A stretch of 64,000 nucleotides of DNA from an uncultured Bordetella sp. Lineage in GTDB: Bacteria; Pseudomonadota; Gammaproteobacteria; Burkholderiales; SG8-41. The stretch is from contig CAZHFZ010000003.1 in NCBI GenBank assembly GCA_964531455.1, forward strand, positions 26,372-90,371, read 5' to 3'. The notes under the pieces are model-generated. The model saw nothing but the letters and a program-made list of their open reading frames with translations, was not told the origin of the DNA and searched no databases. Below are positions 27,416 to 36,324 of the stretch, one piece after another; position 1 is the stretch's first letter; the number at the start of each line of letters is the position of its first letter. Made by a program: the position numbers and the translations under genes.

Positions 27416-27989
27416 GGCTCAGCTCCATTAATTCGTTCTTGATGTATTCATAAGCCTCGGCGGCGGCGGCAACATTGCCGTCAGCCACTTTTCCGCTGAA
27501 CTTGTCGCGTATGGCATGTGAAACGGCATCGAGCGTGATCAATCCCGACAATGCAGCGAACCCGCCCAACAGAACGGCATTGGCCATCGGGCGTCCCAGG
27601 TGCTTCATCGCAATCTCAGTCGCAGGCACATTGGTCAGGCGCTCATGGCGGAAACGCTGCGTAATGTCGCCGACACCCAGTTCATCAAAACTGCGCGTAC
27701 TGTTGATCAGCACATAACCGTCGGGGTTCAATCCCTGGAAAACATCGACCTGATGTAGCAGCGTGGGGTCCTGGATGATCAGCACATCCGGCGCGAGAAT
27801 GGGTTCACGCAACCGGATCTCGCGGTCATCGATACGGCAAAAGGCAACCACAGGCGCACCTGTGCGCTCCGAACCGAAACTGGGAAACGCCATGGCATGG
27901 CGACCCTGCTCGAATGCGGCAATCGACAGCATCTCTGCCGCCGTCACCACCCCCTGCCCTCCACGACCGTGAAATCGCACTTGCAGCAT
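27399..27989 (-). CDS. 2-oxoacid:ferredoxin oxidoreductase gamma subunit
   Basis: RFHGRGGQGVVTAAEML..FPSFGSERTGAPV gamma-subunit signature. RBS GGAGGAG upstream. 17-nt overlap with alpha. Confidence 0.85.
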   Translation of the reverse strand: MLQVRFHGRGGQGVVTAAEMLSIAAFEQGRHAMAFPSFGSERTGAPVVAFCRIDDREIRLREPILAPDVLIIQDPTLLHQVDVFQGLNPDGYVLINSTRSFDELGVGDITQRFRHERLTNVPATEIAMKHLGRPMANAVLLGGFAALSGLITLDAVSHAIRDKFSGKVADGNVAAAAEAYEYIKNELMELSHAKAD

Positions 27990-28048
27990 CTGCCGTCACT
28001 CCTCCTGTGAACCGCAGACCATTCTTTTCGCTACCGGCAATCCACGCT

Positions 28049-28062
28049 TTGATCTGAATCAA
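28049..28062. promoter_or_regulatory. Perfect FNR/CRP-family box TTGATCTGAATCAA upstream of the oxidoreductase operon
   Basis: Read directly. Centre is about 66 nt upstream of the gamma-subunit ATG (27989), compatible with a class II (-41.5) site and a short leader. Confidence 0.6.
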
Positions 28063-28133
28063 TTCCGACCGTATTGCACCAAGCAGGAATTGCGTCTGTT
28101 GACGCCAGCCGGAAGCGGCTGGTGGATATCCGC

Positions 28134-28559
28134 TTATTTGACCAGGGTGACCGGCACTTTCGCCAGATGGATCACTTTTGTGGCAATCGAGCCCAGAACC
28201 AAAGCGCCCAGCATGCCCATGCCACGGGTGCCCATGATGATTGATGAACATTTGAGGCGGCGCGCAGTTGCGGCGATCTTCTCAGCCGTATCTCCGACCA
28301 CCATATGCACTTTGAATTTGGCCTTGGCCGCCTCCAAGGCGGTCACTCCACGCTTGAGAATGGCATCGGCACGCTTGTTCATGATCTGCCGGCGCTGGTG
28401 CTCTGAAATGTAGGCACCCACCATGCCATAGTCATCAAATGCCGGAACCACATGAAGCAGATGAATGGTCGTTTGACCCTGTTCCGCCTCCTGAATCGCG
28501 AACTTCACGGCACGCAGGGAATTCGACGATCCGTCTACCGGCACCAGTATATTTTTCAA
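28134..28559 (-). CDS. Universal stress protein (UspA family)
   Basis: KNILVPVDGSSNS...IIMGTRGMG...VPVTLVK. TTG 28559 preceded by GGAGGA. Longest ORF starts at ATG 28604, but the N-terminal extension has no Usp homology. Confidence 0.8.
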   Translation of the reverse strand: MKNILVPVDGSSNSLRAVKFAIQEAEQGQTTIHLLHVVPAFDDYGMVGAYISEHQRRQIMNKRADAILKRGVTALEAAKAKFKVHMVVGDTAEKIAATARRLKCSSIIMGTRGMGMLGALVLGSIATKVIHLAKVPVTLVK

Positions 28560-28634
28560 TGTTCCTCCAGAATTTACGAAATATGAGTATCGGGCGTTGA
28601 CCATCGAATCTAGACGCTGCCAGCAAAACCGGCT

Positions 28635-28648
28635 TTGACAGTAATCAA
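28635..28648. promoter_or_regulatory. Near-consensus FNR-type box TTGACAGTAATCAA in usp/antiporter divergent region
   Basis: Read directly. One mismatch to TTGAT-N4-ATCAA. Centre is about 82 nt from usp TTG 28559 and about 53 nt from GTG 28695. Confidence 0.45.
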
Positions 28649-28694
28649 TAATTACACCGTATCATAACGAAACGAAAACATATCGGGAGACCAC

Positions 28695-29621
28695 GTGCAG
28701 GACTACCTGCTGCTGGCCTTGGGTGTGGCCTGCGCCGCGTTTGGCGGCGACCTGTTCGTACGGGGTGCTATCAGCCTTGCGCATGCTGCCCGCGTATCGG
28801 ATTTGATCATCGGCACCACCGTCGCAGCCTTTGCAACCTCCAGCCCTGAATTTGCCGTCGCTGTCACCTCAGCCATCCAGCAGACGCCGCAAATATCGTT
28901 CGGAGACGCCCTCGGCAGCAATGTCGTCAACATGGCGCTGGTTTTAGGTCTGGCACTTCTAGCCTCCCCCATCACTGCCCCGCGCAAAAGCATCCGGCGT
29001 GATTTTCCGGTTGCACTAGCCATACCGGTACTTACAGCGTTCGCATGCTCTGACGGCGTGCTTTCATGGATTGAGGCGATGCTGCTGATGATCTTTTTCA
29101 TGATCTGGCTGGCCAGCGTCATTGTTTCCGCAAGCAGGAAGGGGGATTCCGCAGCGCCGGCATCAACAGTGAAATTGCTGAGTGGACATCATGCCGCAGC
29201 CGTTGGCGGCATCGGACTTCTACTGCTGATCCTGGCCGGTGAAATGATCGTCAACGGGGCGCAGGGCATTGCAAGGGAGTTCGGCATCACCGACTTCGTC
29301 ATTGGCGCAACGATTGTAGCCGTCGGCACGTCGGTACCTGAGCTCGCAACCGCACTCATCGCCAAATGGCGGGGGCATGATGACCTAGGCCTCGGCACCC
29401 TGCTCGGCAGCAATATATTCAACGGACTATGGATTGTGCCGGTAGCCGCCCTGATCCACCCGATCCAAATTGACCTGGTGCAGGCCGGAACCGCCTTGGT
29501 TTTCGGCATGGCAGCCCTGCTGGTCGCATTTCCGCCCCGGAGCGGCATCATTGGCCGCAAGCACGGCGCAGTCCTGTTGGCTGTTTATGGCGCGTACATC
29601 ACGACCGTGTTGCTGACCTGA
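28695..29621 (+). CDS. CaCA-family sodium/calcium exchanger membrane protein (YrbG-like)
   Basis: Two alpha-repeat regions (GTTVAAFATSSPEFAV and GATIVAVGTSVPELAT). About 10 TM. GTG start. Confidence 0.85.
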   Translation: MQDYLLLALGVACAAFGGDLFVRGAISLAHAARVSDLIIGTTVAAFATSSPEFAVAVTSAIQQTPQISFGDALGSNVVNMALVLGLALLASPITAPRKSIRRDFPVALAIPVLTAFACSDGVLSWIEAMLLMIFFMIWLASVIVSASRKGDSAAPASTVKLLSGHHAAAVGGIGLLLLILAGEMIVNGAQGIAREFGITDFVIGATIVAVGTSVPELATALIAKWRGHDDLGLGTLLGSNIFNGLWIVPVAALIHPIQIDLVQAGTALVFGMAALLVAFPPRSGIIGRKHGAVLLAVYGAYITTVLLT

Positions 29622-29639
29622 CCATCTTGCTCGCGCCCT

Positions 29640-30143
29640 TTACAGGGTCGCGATGATAAATTCGGGAATGGCCTTCAGTCTGAGGTAACGGGAGACCACG
29701 GCAGCAGGAAGACGGGCGACATTGGCAATGACTTGCCGGCAATTGCGTTCTCCGCAGTTACATTTCATGGTCCAGATATCATCGGCGCCGAGCTGGGTCG
29801 AATAATCGTGGGTGACTTCCCGGCCAACCGCAATTCTCTTGAGCGCGCGCAACTGCAATCCGCTTGCCGTCCGCACGAGGCGTGAATTCGGATTGCATGA
29901 GTGATTGGAAAAAGCGCCAATCTCGCCCTCAGGATCGAGATAGAGTTCAGTGTCATAACGGTAACAATTTGCACCGCGCTGTGGATCCGTTTTCCAATAC
30001 CCCCAGACGGTTTTCGGCGTAACAATGCGGCCACGAACGCGACAGATCAGATCATCCGGCTGAAAAGCGCGCAAGGCGACAAGGCCGAGTCCGTTGCGTA
30101 CCGGACGCACGACCAGCGATTTCCCATATTTCAATTGAACCAC
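29640..30143 (-). CDS. SET-domain protein (putative protein-lysine methyltransferase)
   Basis: NHSCNPNS pseudoknot motif, REVTHDY, post-SET Cys cluster CNCGERNC. 167 aa. GTG start (TTG 9 nt downstream is possible). Confidence 0.8.
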   Translation of the reverse strand: MVQLKYGKSLVVRPVRNGLGLVALRAFQPDDLICRVRGRIVTPKTVWGYWKTDPQRGANCYRYDTELYLDPEGEIGAFSNHSCNPNSRLVRTASGLQLRALKRIAVGREVTHDYSTQLGADDIWTMKCNCGERNCRQVIANVARLPAAVVSRYLRLKAIPEFIIATL

Positions 30144-30369
30144 TCCAGAAGTCAGCAGCCGCGAAGCAGGCTCGGCCGTCAGGGCGCTGATGTTGCCTGC
30201 CTTGGCGGCTCAGGTCCAGTTCGCGATCCCGGATTCGAATGAACTCGCAGAACAACAGCTCATTTTCATCGATAACAAAAAACAGGCCGGAGGTTGCGCT
30301 CCGGCCAGATAGGGTTGGAACTGATTTAACCAACACAAAAGGTGATAGAAAACTGTCACCCGGCGATCA

Positions 30370-31344
30370 TCAATCCACCTGGATTTTGGCGTCCTTGACC
30401 ACTTTAGTCCATTTCGCAATTTCATTAATGATGTATTTTTTGAATTCTTCAGGCGGAATACCGCCGATTTCAGAACCCTCAGACAGCAGTCGCCCCTGCA
30501 GATCCGGCTCATTAAGAGCCTTCACGATTTCCTTGTGCAGCCGGTCTATGATCGGCTTGGGCGTCTTGGCTGGCGCAACCACGCCCTGCCAGGATGTTGC
30601 TTCGTAGCCTGGAACTGCATCGGCTATCGGCGCAGCCTCTTTCCATGAAGCGAGGCGACGCTTGCTTGTTACACCAAGAATCCGCAATTTGCCTGCCTTC
30701 GCCTGGGTGATCGTGATCGCCGGCTGCAGGAAAGTCATTTGCACCTGTCCAGCCAGCAGTTCAGTCACCGACTGACCTGACCCCTTGTACGGCACATGAA
30801 CCATGTCGATTCCCGCCATGGTACGGAACAACTCCATGGCCAGATGCGACCCGCCGCCAGCCCCCGAAGAAGCGAAGTTGAGCTGCCCCGGCCGGCTCTT
30901 GGCCAGCGCGACAAACTCTTTGACCGAATTGGCCGGCACCGTCGGATGTACGACCATGAAGTAAGGATTTGATGCCGTCAGGGTGATCGGCGAAAAATCG
31001 CGGATCGGGTCATACGGCAGTTTTGCCTTGGTTGCGACATTCGTGGCCAGCGTGCTGATGGTCCCGAAGAAAATCGTGTAGCCATCGGGCGGCGCTTCCT
31101 TGGCCATTGTCGCCGCAATCAGTCCGGCTCCACCGGCGCGATTGTCAATGATGATTTGCTTGCCCAGTGTCACGCTGAGTTTTTGTCCAAGCGCCCGGGC
31201 CATGATGTCTGTTGGCCCGCCAGCAACAAAAGGAACGATAGCGCGTATGGGCTTGGTGGGATATTCCTGCGAGTGTGCAAGGCCGGAAATCAATGCGCTT
31301 GCGGTCAAAGCAGCGAGTGCCCCAAAACTTGAAATGGATGTCAT
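30370..31344 (-). CDS. Bug/TctC-family periplasmic binding protein
   Basis: ATG 31344 (MTSISSFGALAALTASA... signal peptide). YPTKPIRAIVPFVAGGPTDIMAR. The 231-nt upstream ORF extension is not protein-like. Confidence 0.9.
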   Translation of the reverse strand: MTSISSFGALAALTASALISGLAHSQEYPTKPIRAIVPFVAGGPTDIMARALGQKLSVTLGKQIIIDNRAGGAGLIAATMAKEAPPDGYTIFFGTISTLATNVATKAKLPYDPIRDFSPITLTASNPYFMVVHPTVPANSVKEFVALAKSRPGQLNFASSGAGGGSHLAMELFRTMAGIDMVHVPYKGSGQSVTELLAGQVQMTFLQPAITITQAKAGKLRILGVTSKRRLASWKEAAPIADAVPGYEATSWQGVVAPAKTPKPIIDRLHKEIVKALNEPDLQGRLLSEGSEIGGIPPEEFKKYIINEIAKWTKVVKDAKIQVD

Positions 31345-32214
31345 CAAATTACCTGTAAACGGCTTGATAAATATTAAAAAAAAGAATTGCTGAAAAAATA
31401 TAACTGCAATTGATTGTAACTGAAAACCCCGGGAATACCGCCGCACATCAATGGTGCAACAAGCTCTAATGTGGTGCGATAAATTCAGATCATCTTCACC
31501 CCGTGCACCCGTCGTCAGCGTGCAATTCGGCGCCCGCAGATCGCTTAACAACAAGAGCCGCAGCCATCGTTGCAAGCCATGGACTCGCGATATTCCGCGC
31601 TCGCAGTCCTTTCTGAGACATTCAAAACATCACTTCAGTTCAAACGCATGAAAGACGAAATGGTGTTGAGCAGGGTTTGAAACCGGAACAATGGAAGCAT
31701 CAACAAAATGCTGAAGATCCTCATGCGGTTGGTAATACCGAAGTCGCATCACCCACATTTACCGGCGCTGAAACAGCGTGGAATAATCGCGGTAAATTTC
31801 GCGGCCTGCAGCACGAGTTTTGCGCCCATGCAGTTTCAGTAATTACCTGTAAATCGTGTCCAACTGCTCAACCCGCTGAAATGACGGTCCCAGACGCTGA
31901 ATTCACTTTCCGGACCGCTCTATTGCGGGCGACGCCATAAGCAAAACGGTTATCGCCGCAGCGGCGGCCGATCTGCCGTCAGCCCCAAACCGTTTGGGCG
32001 CTGAAAGCCCGACACCGAAACCGGCAAGCAGTTCGCCGCGCCGTAACAATCACAACTTGACGATACTCAATCCACTGCGCACCGGGGCCGCGCTGAATGA
32101 TTTGCCTTAACGCAGATGAATGCAGGGCGAATTTGCAGTCACCACAGATCTAATAAATATAATTTAAAACAATGACTTACAATGCATCTACTATGATTTC
32201 CACAAATCACCAAC

Positions 32215-34110
32215 TCAGTCCTTAAGTGCACCGCGGATCTGCTCCAGCGCGGCCGGATCCTCAATTGTCGTCAGATCGCCCGGGTCCCGGCCTTCGGCCA
32301 ATGCCTGCAAGGAACGCCGGAGCAATTTGCCCGAGCGTGTTTTCGGCAACGAATTCACAAACAGCACGCGTCGCGGCCTTGCGATTGCACCAAGTTGATG
32401 ATCAACGGCATTCATAATCTCCTTTTCCTGCCGGTCGCGTTCGGCTGCGGTATTCAGCCTGGATGCGTCTTTTACTACAGCGAATGCGAGGGGCATCTGC
32501 CCCTTCAATGCATCAGCCACCCCAACAACGGCTACTTCAGCAATATTGGAATGGGATTGCACGGCCTCTTCGATCTCGCGGGTTCCGATGCGATGACCGG
32601 CAACGTTGATCACGTCGTCCGTACGGCCCAGGATAAAGGTGTAGCCGTCTTTGTCACGAACCCCCCAATCGAAGGTTGAATAGAGCAGCAGCTTCGGGAA
32701 AGTCCTGAAGTAGGTATTGACGAACCGATCATCGTCACCCCACACGGTAGTCATGCAACCAGGTGGCAGCGGCGGTGCAATGGTCAACACCCCCTTCTCT
32801 CCCGCTGCAGTTTCGGTCGCATCGCTTTCACGCAACAGTTTCAGGTCATAACCGTAAACCGGAAAACCCGGGCTGCCATATTTGACATCGGCTTTTTCAA
32901 TACCCGGCGCCAGCGAGAGGATCGGCCAGCCGGTTTCGGTCTGCCAGTAATGATCGATCACCGGTTTGCCGATGGCGTCGTGTAACCAGCGATGCGTGGG
33001 CTCATCCAGCGGTTCTCCGGCGAGAAACAGATGACGCAGCGAGGACAGGTCGTATTTCTTGAGGTATGCCGGATCCTGTTTCTTCAACACCCGCGCCGCC
33101 GTCGGCGATGAAAACATCACTGTGACCTTCTGCTCCTGCACGATTTTCCACCAGATCCCTGCATCAGGACGGATCGGCAAACCTTCATACAGAATGGTGG
33201 TCATGCCATGAATCAGCGGACCATAAACAATGTAGGAATGTCCGACAACCCAGCCCACATCGGAGGTGGTGAACATGGTCTCACCGGGTTTGCCGCAATA
33301 GATGTGCTGCATCGAACTCGCCAGCGCGACAGCATAACCACCGGTATCGCGCTGCACGCCCTTGGGCTTGCCCGTGGTGCCTGAGGTATAGAGAATATAA
33401 GACGGATCGCTGGATTCCAGCCAGGTTACCGGCACCCGGGTATCGCCATGCAGTTTGATCTGCTCGGCGTAATCAACATCGCGCCCCTGCACCATCCTGA
33501 AATCCCTGTCGATGCCGCGATTGACCACCAGCACCTTTTGCGGGGGATATTTGGCCAAGTCTATGGCCTCATCCACCAGAGGCTTATAGTGGATGGCCTT
33601 GCCGCCGCGCAAACCGGCGTCGGATGTAATAATCAGTTTCGGCCTGGCATCATCAATGCGCGAGGCGCAACTCGCTGCGGCAAATCCGCCAAACACCACG
33701 GAATGCACTGCACCCAGGCGTGCGCAGGCAAGCATCGCAAACGCTGCCTCGGGGATCATCGGCATGTAAATCAGCACGCGGTCGCCTCGTCCCACACCCT
33801 GCGCTGCGATTACAGCAGCACAGGCGTTTACCGCTGCATGCAGTTCACGGTAGGTATAACTGCGCTCAGCCCCGGTTTCGCTGGAGATGTAGATCAGTGC
33901 AGGCTGGTCGCCACGGACGTCAAGATGCCGGTCAACCGCGTTGTAACAGAGATTGGTTAAACCGCCGACGAACCACTTGGCAAATGGCGGCTTGCTGAAA
34001 TCAAGCACCTGGTCAAATGGACGGTGCCAGTGAATGCGCTGCGCCTCTTCCGCCCAGAACGCTTCACGATGTTCGATGGAACGACGATGAAAATCGGCGT
34101 AAGCGCCCAT
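32215..34110 (-). CDS. prpE: Propionate--CoA ligase (propionyl-CoA synthetase)
   Basis: 631 aa, colinear with enteric PrpE: FWAEEAQRIHW, YTSGTTGKPKGV, LPKTRSGKLLRR, GRDPGDLTTIEDPAALEQIR. Confidence 0.85.
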   Translation of the reverse strand: MGAYADFHRRSIEHREAFWAEEAQRIHWHRPFDQVLDFSKPPFAKWFVGGLTNLCYNAVDRHLDVRGDQPALIYISSETGAERSYTYRELHAAVNACAAVIAAQGVGRGDRVLIYMPMIPEAAFAMLACARLGAVHSVVFGGFAAASCASRIDDARPKLIITSDAGLRGGKAIHYKPLVDEAIDLAKYPPQKVLVVNRGIDRDFRMVQGRDVDYAEQIKLHGDTRVPVTWLESSDPSYILYTSGTTGKPKGVQRDTGGYAVALASSMQHIYCGKPGETMFTTSDVGWVVGHSYIVYGPLIHGMTTILYEGLPIRPDAGIWWKIVQEQKVTVMFSSPTAARVLKKQDPAYLKKYDLSSLRHLFLAGEPLDEPTHRWLHDAIGKPVIDHYWQTETGWPILSLAPGIEKADVKYGSPGFPVYGYDLKLLRESDATETAAGEKGVLTIAPPLPPGCMTTVWGDDDRFVNTYFRTFPKLLLYSTFDWGVRDKDGYTFILGRTDDVINVAGHRIGTREIEEAVQSHSNIAEVAVVGVADALKGQMPLAFAVVKDASRLNTAAERDRQEKEIMNAVDHQLGAIARPRRVLFVNSLPKTRSGKLLRRSLQALAEGRDPGDLTTIEDPAALEQIRGALKD

Positions 34111-34207
34111 ATCCCCTCCAGTGATTGGCTGGGGCGGCGCAGTTTATTTGGATGCGCTACGTTGAAATGGTTACGTCGCCCGCAGTGGCCATTATCCGCC
34201 CAGGGTC

Positions 34208-35197
34208 TTACAAAATCCTGACCACTGCTCGGCCGCGGATTTCACCTTTGATCATGCGCTCGAAATACCCCGGCAAATCAGCCAGGCCAATCGTATGGGC
34301 TATGGATTCAAGATGTCGCGGCTTGAGATCAGTGGCCAGCCGCTCCCAGACTTTTTTGCGTAGCGTCATCGGTGTCGCCACCGAATCAACGCCGATCAGC
34401 CGTACGCCGCGCAGGATGAACGGCAGCACATTGGTTTTGAGATCGATGCCGCCGGCATTGCCGAAGCTGCCGATGACGCCGTGAGGCTGCATGGTACGCG
34501 TCAGCCATCCGAGCTGATCACCGCCGACGGAATCAAAGGCGGCAGCCCAAAGCGGCTTTTCCAGCGGACGCGTGCCGAAATCCACAGTAGCGCGATCGAG
34601 AATTTCCGCAGCGCCCAGTTCGCGCAAATAATCATGCTCCGCGGTCTTGCCGGTAATCGCCGTCACCGCATAACCCTTTGCGGCCAGCATGTCGATGGCA
34701 AGACTGGCCACGCCGCCAGTGGCTCCGTTGACCAGGACCTTGCCGCCCGCCGGCGTCATGCCGTTCAACTCGAGCAACTCCACCGCCAGGCCTGCCGTGT
34801 AACCGGCTGTGCCCAGGGCCATGGCTTCAAACAGGGACAGCCCCTTGGGCAAGGGCACGACCCAGACAGCAGGAACGCGGCAAAGCCCGGAATATCCGCC
34901 GTCATGGGCCACACCCATGTCGTAGCTGGTGCAGAGAATTTCATCGCCGGGCTTGAACCGCGCATCACTGGAACTGAGTACCGTGCCGGCTGCGTCAATG
35001 CCGCCGATCAGCGGAAAGTTGCGGATGATTTTTCCGCCGGCCCCAGTCGCGGCCAATGCGTCCTTGAAGTTGACGCTGGAATACGCCGTCTGGAACACCA
35101 CCTCGCCACGGCCGATATCCGCCGTCGGCACTTCGACGACATCACCTTCTATCTTGTTGTTTTCATTGAATATTCTGTAGGCCTTGCAGTGTTCCAT
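34208..35197 (-). CDS. acuI: YhdH/AcuI-type acrylyl-CoA reductase (MDR superfamily)
   Basis: SSVNFKDALAATGAGGKIIRNFPLIGGIDAAG, NGATGGVAS, PFILRGVRLIGVDS. Colinear with E. coli YhdH. Confidence 0.75.
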   Translation of the reverse strand: MEHCKAYRIFNENNKIEGDVVEVPTADIGRGEVVFQTAYSSVNFKDALAATGAGGKIIRNFPLIGGIDAAGTVLSSSDARFKPGDEILCTSYDMGVAHDGGYSGLCRVPAVWVVPLPKGLSLFEAMALGTAGYTAGLAVELLELNGMTPAGGKVLVNGATGGVASLAIDMLAAKGYAVTAITGKTAEHDYLRELGAAEILDRATVDFGTRPLEKPLWAAAFDSVGGDQLGWLTRTMQPHGVIGSFGNAGGIDLKTNVLPFILRGVRLIGVDSVATPMTLRKKVWERLATDLKPRHLESIAHTIGLADLPGYFERMIKGEIRGRAVVRIL

Positions 35198-35204
35198 GGC
35201 GCCC

Positions 35205-36305
35205 TCACGGTAAATGGGGTTGAGCGAGGTACTGATGCGTCTGCATTTCAGTCAGGCGACTGGCGAGCCGCTCTTTTAATGACGCATTCAAATGCGCCTG
35301 GAAACCGTCGTTGTCGGACGCCGCAGCAACCAGATCATCCACCGGAACCGAAGCACTCAACATCAGTTTCACCCGGCGATCATAGAACTCATCGACCAGC
35401 CACACAAACCGGCGCAGCATGTCGCTGTCATCCGGAGTGAAGCAAGGTACCGCGGAGATCAGCACGGTGTGATAACGGCGCGACAGTTCGATGTAATCGG
35501 GTTTGCCGCGCGGTCCCGCGCAAAGCTCCTCGAAGTCAAACCAGGCGATCCCAGACGCCTGCCGGCGTACCCGGATCAGGCGGTCTTCGATATCGAGGGG
35601 CGCGTTGTCTTCATCGCCGCTGGAAATATGGCTGAAGGCTTCATCAAGGTGCCGGTCGGCGTCCGCGCCGATATGGTATGTCCCCGCCTTTTCCAGTTCG
35701 CGCAGGCGGTAATCGGTACCGGCATCGACATTGACCACGGTCATGCGTTCGAGGATCAGATCAATCGCCGGCAGGAACTGCACACGCTGCAAGCCGTGCT
35801 GATACAGCTCGGTCGGCGCAAAATTGGAGGTGGTCAGCAGCACCACGCCCTCGCTCATCAATCCTTCCAGCAGGCGACGCATCAACATCGCATCGGTGAT
35901 GTCGGTGACATGGAACTCATCGAGGCAGAGGATCTGCGCTTCGGCTGCAATGTCGCGCGCAATCAGCAACATCGGGTCAGCCTGCCCTTGATGGCGGCTC
36001 AGACCCTTGTGGATTTCCTGCATGAAGCGGTGAAAATGCACGCGCTTCTTGGTGACGTCGGGTACAAAAGCAAAAAAGCTGTCCATCAGGAAGCTTTTGC
36101 CGCGACCGACGCCGCCCCAGAGATAAACGCCGCGGATCACATGGCTGCGATTGAGAAAACTCAGCAGGCCGCGGCGCTGCTGGCGGTGATCGAGGTCCTG
36201 ATGCACCCGCTGCAGTTCGCGTGCGGCGACTTGCTGGGCATCGTCAGGCGCGAAACCGTGCTCACCGGCACGGTCCCGCAGGAACTGGACAAAATCGGCG
36301 GACAA
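35205..36305 (-). CDS. zapE: AFG1-like ATPase ZapE
   Basis: GVYLWGGVGRGKSFLMD Walker A, LCLDEFHVTDI Walker B. 366 aa. Typical position downstream of lpd. Confidence 0.85.
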   Translation of the reverse strand: MSADFVQFLRDRAGEHGFAPDDAQQVAARELQRVHQDLDHRQQRRGLLSFLNRSHVIRGVYLWGGVGRGKSFLMDSFFAFVPDVTKKRVHFHRFMQEIHKGLSRHQGQADPMLLIARDIAAEAQILCLDEFHVTDITDAMLMRRLLEGLMSEGVVLLTTSNFAPTELYQHGLQRVQFLPAIDLILERMTVVNVDAGTDYRLRELEKAGTYHIGADADRHLDEAFSHISSGDEDNAPLDIEDRLIRVRRQASGIAWFDFEELCAGPRGKPDYIELSRRYHTVLISAVPCFTPDDSDMLRRFVWLVDEFYDRRVKLMLSASVPVDDLVAAASDNDGFQAHLNASLKERLASRLTEMQTHQYLAQPHLP

Positions 36306-36324
36306 AGGCGAACCGGAACCAGGA

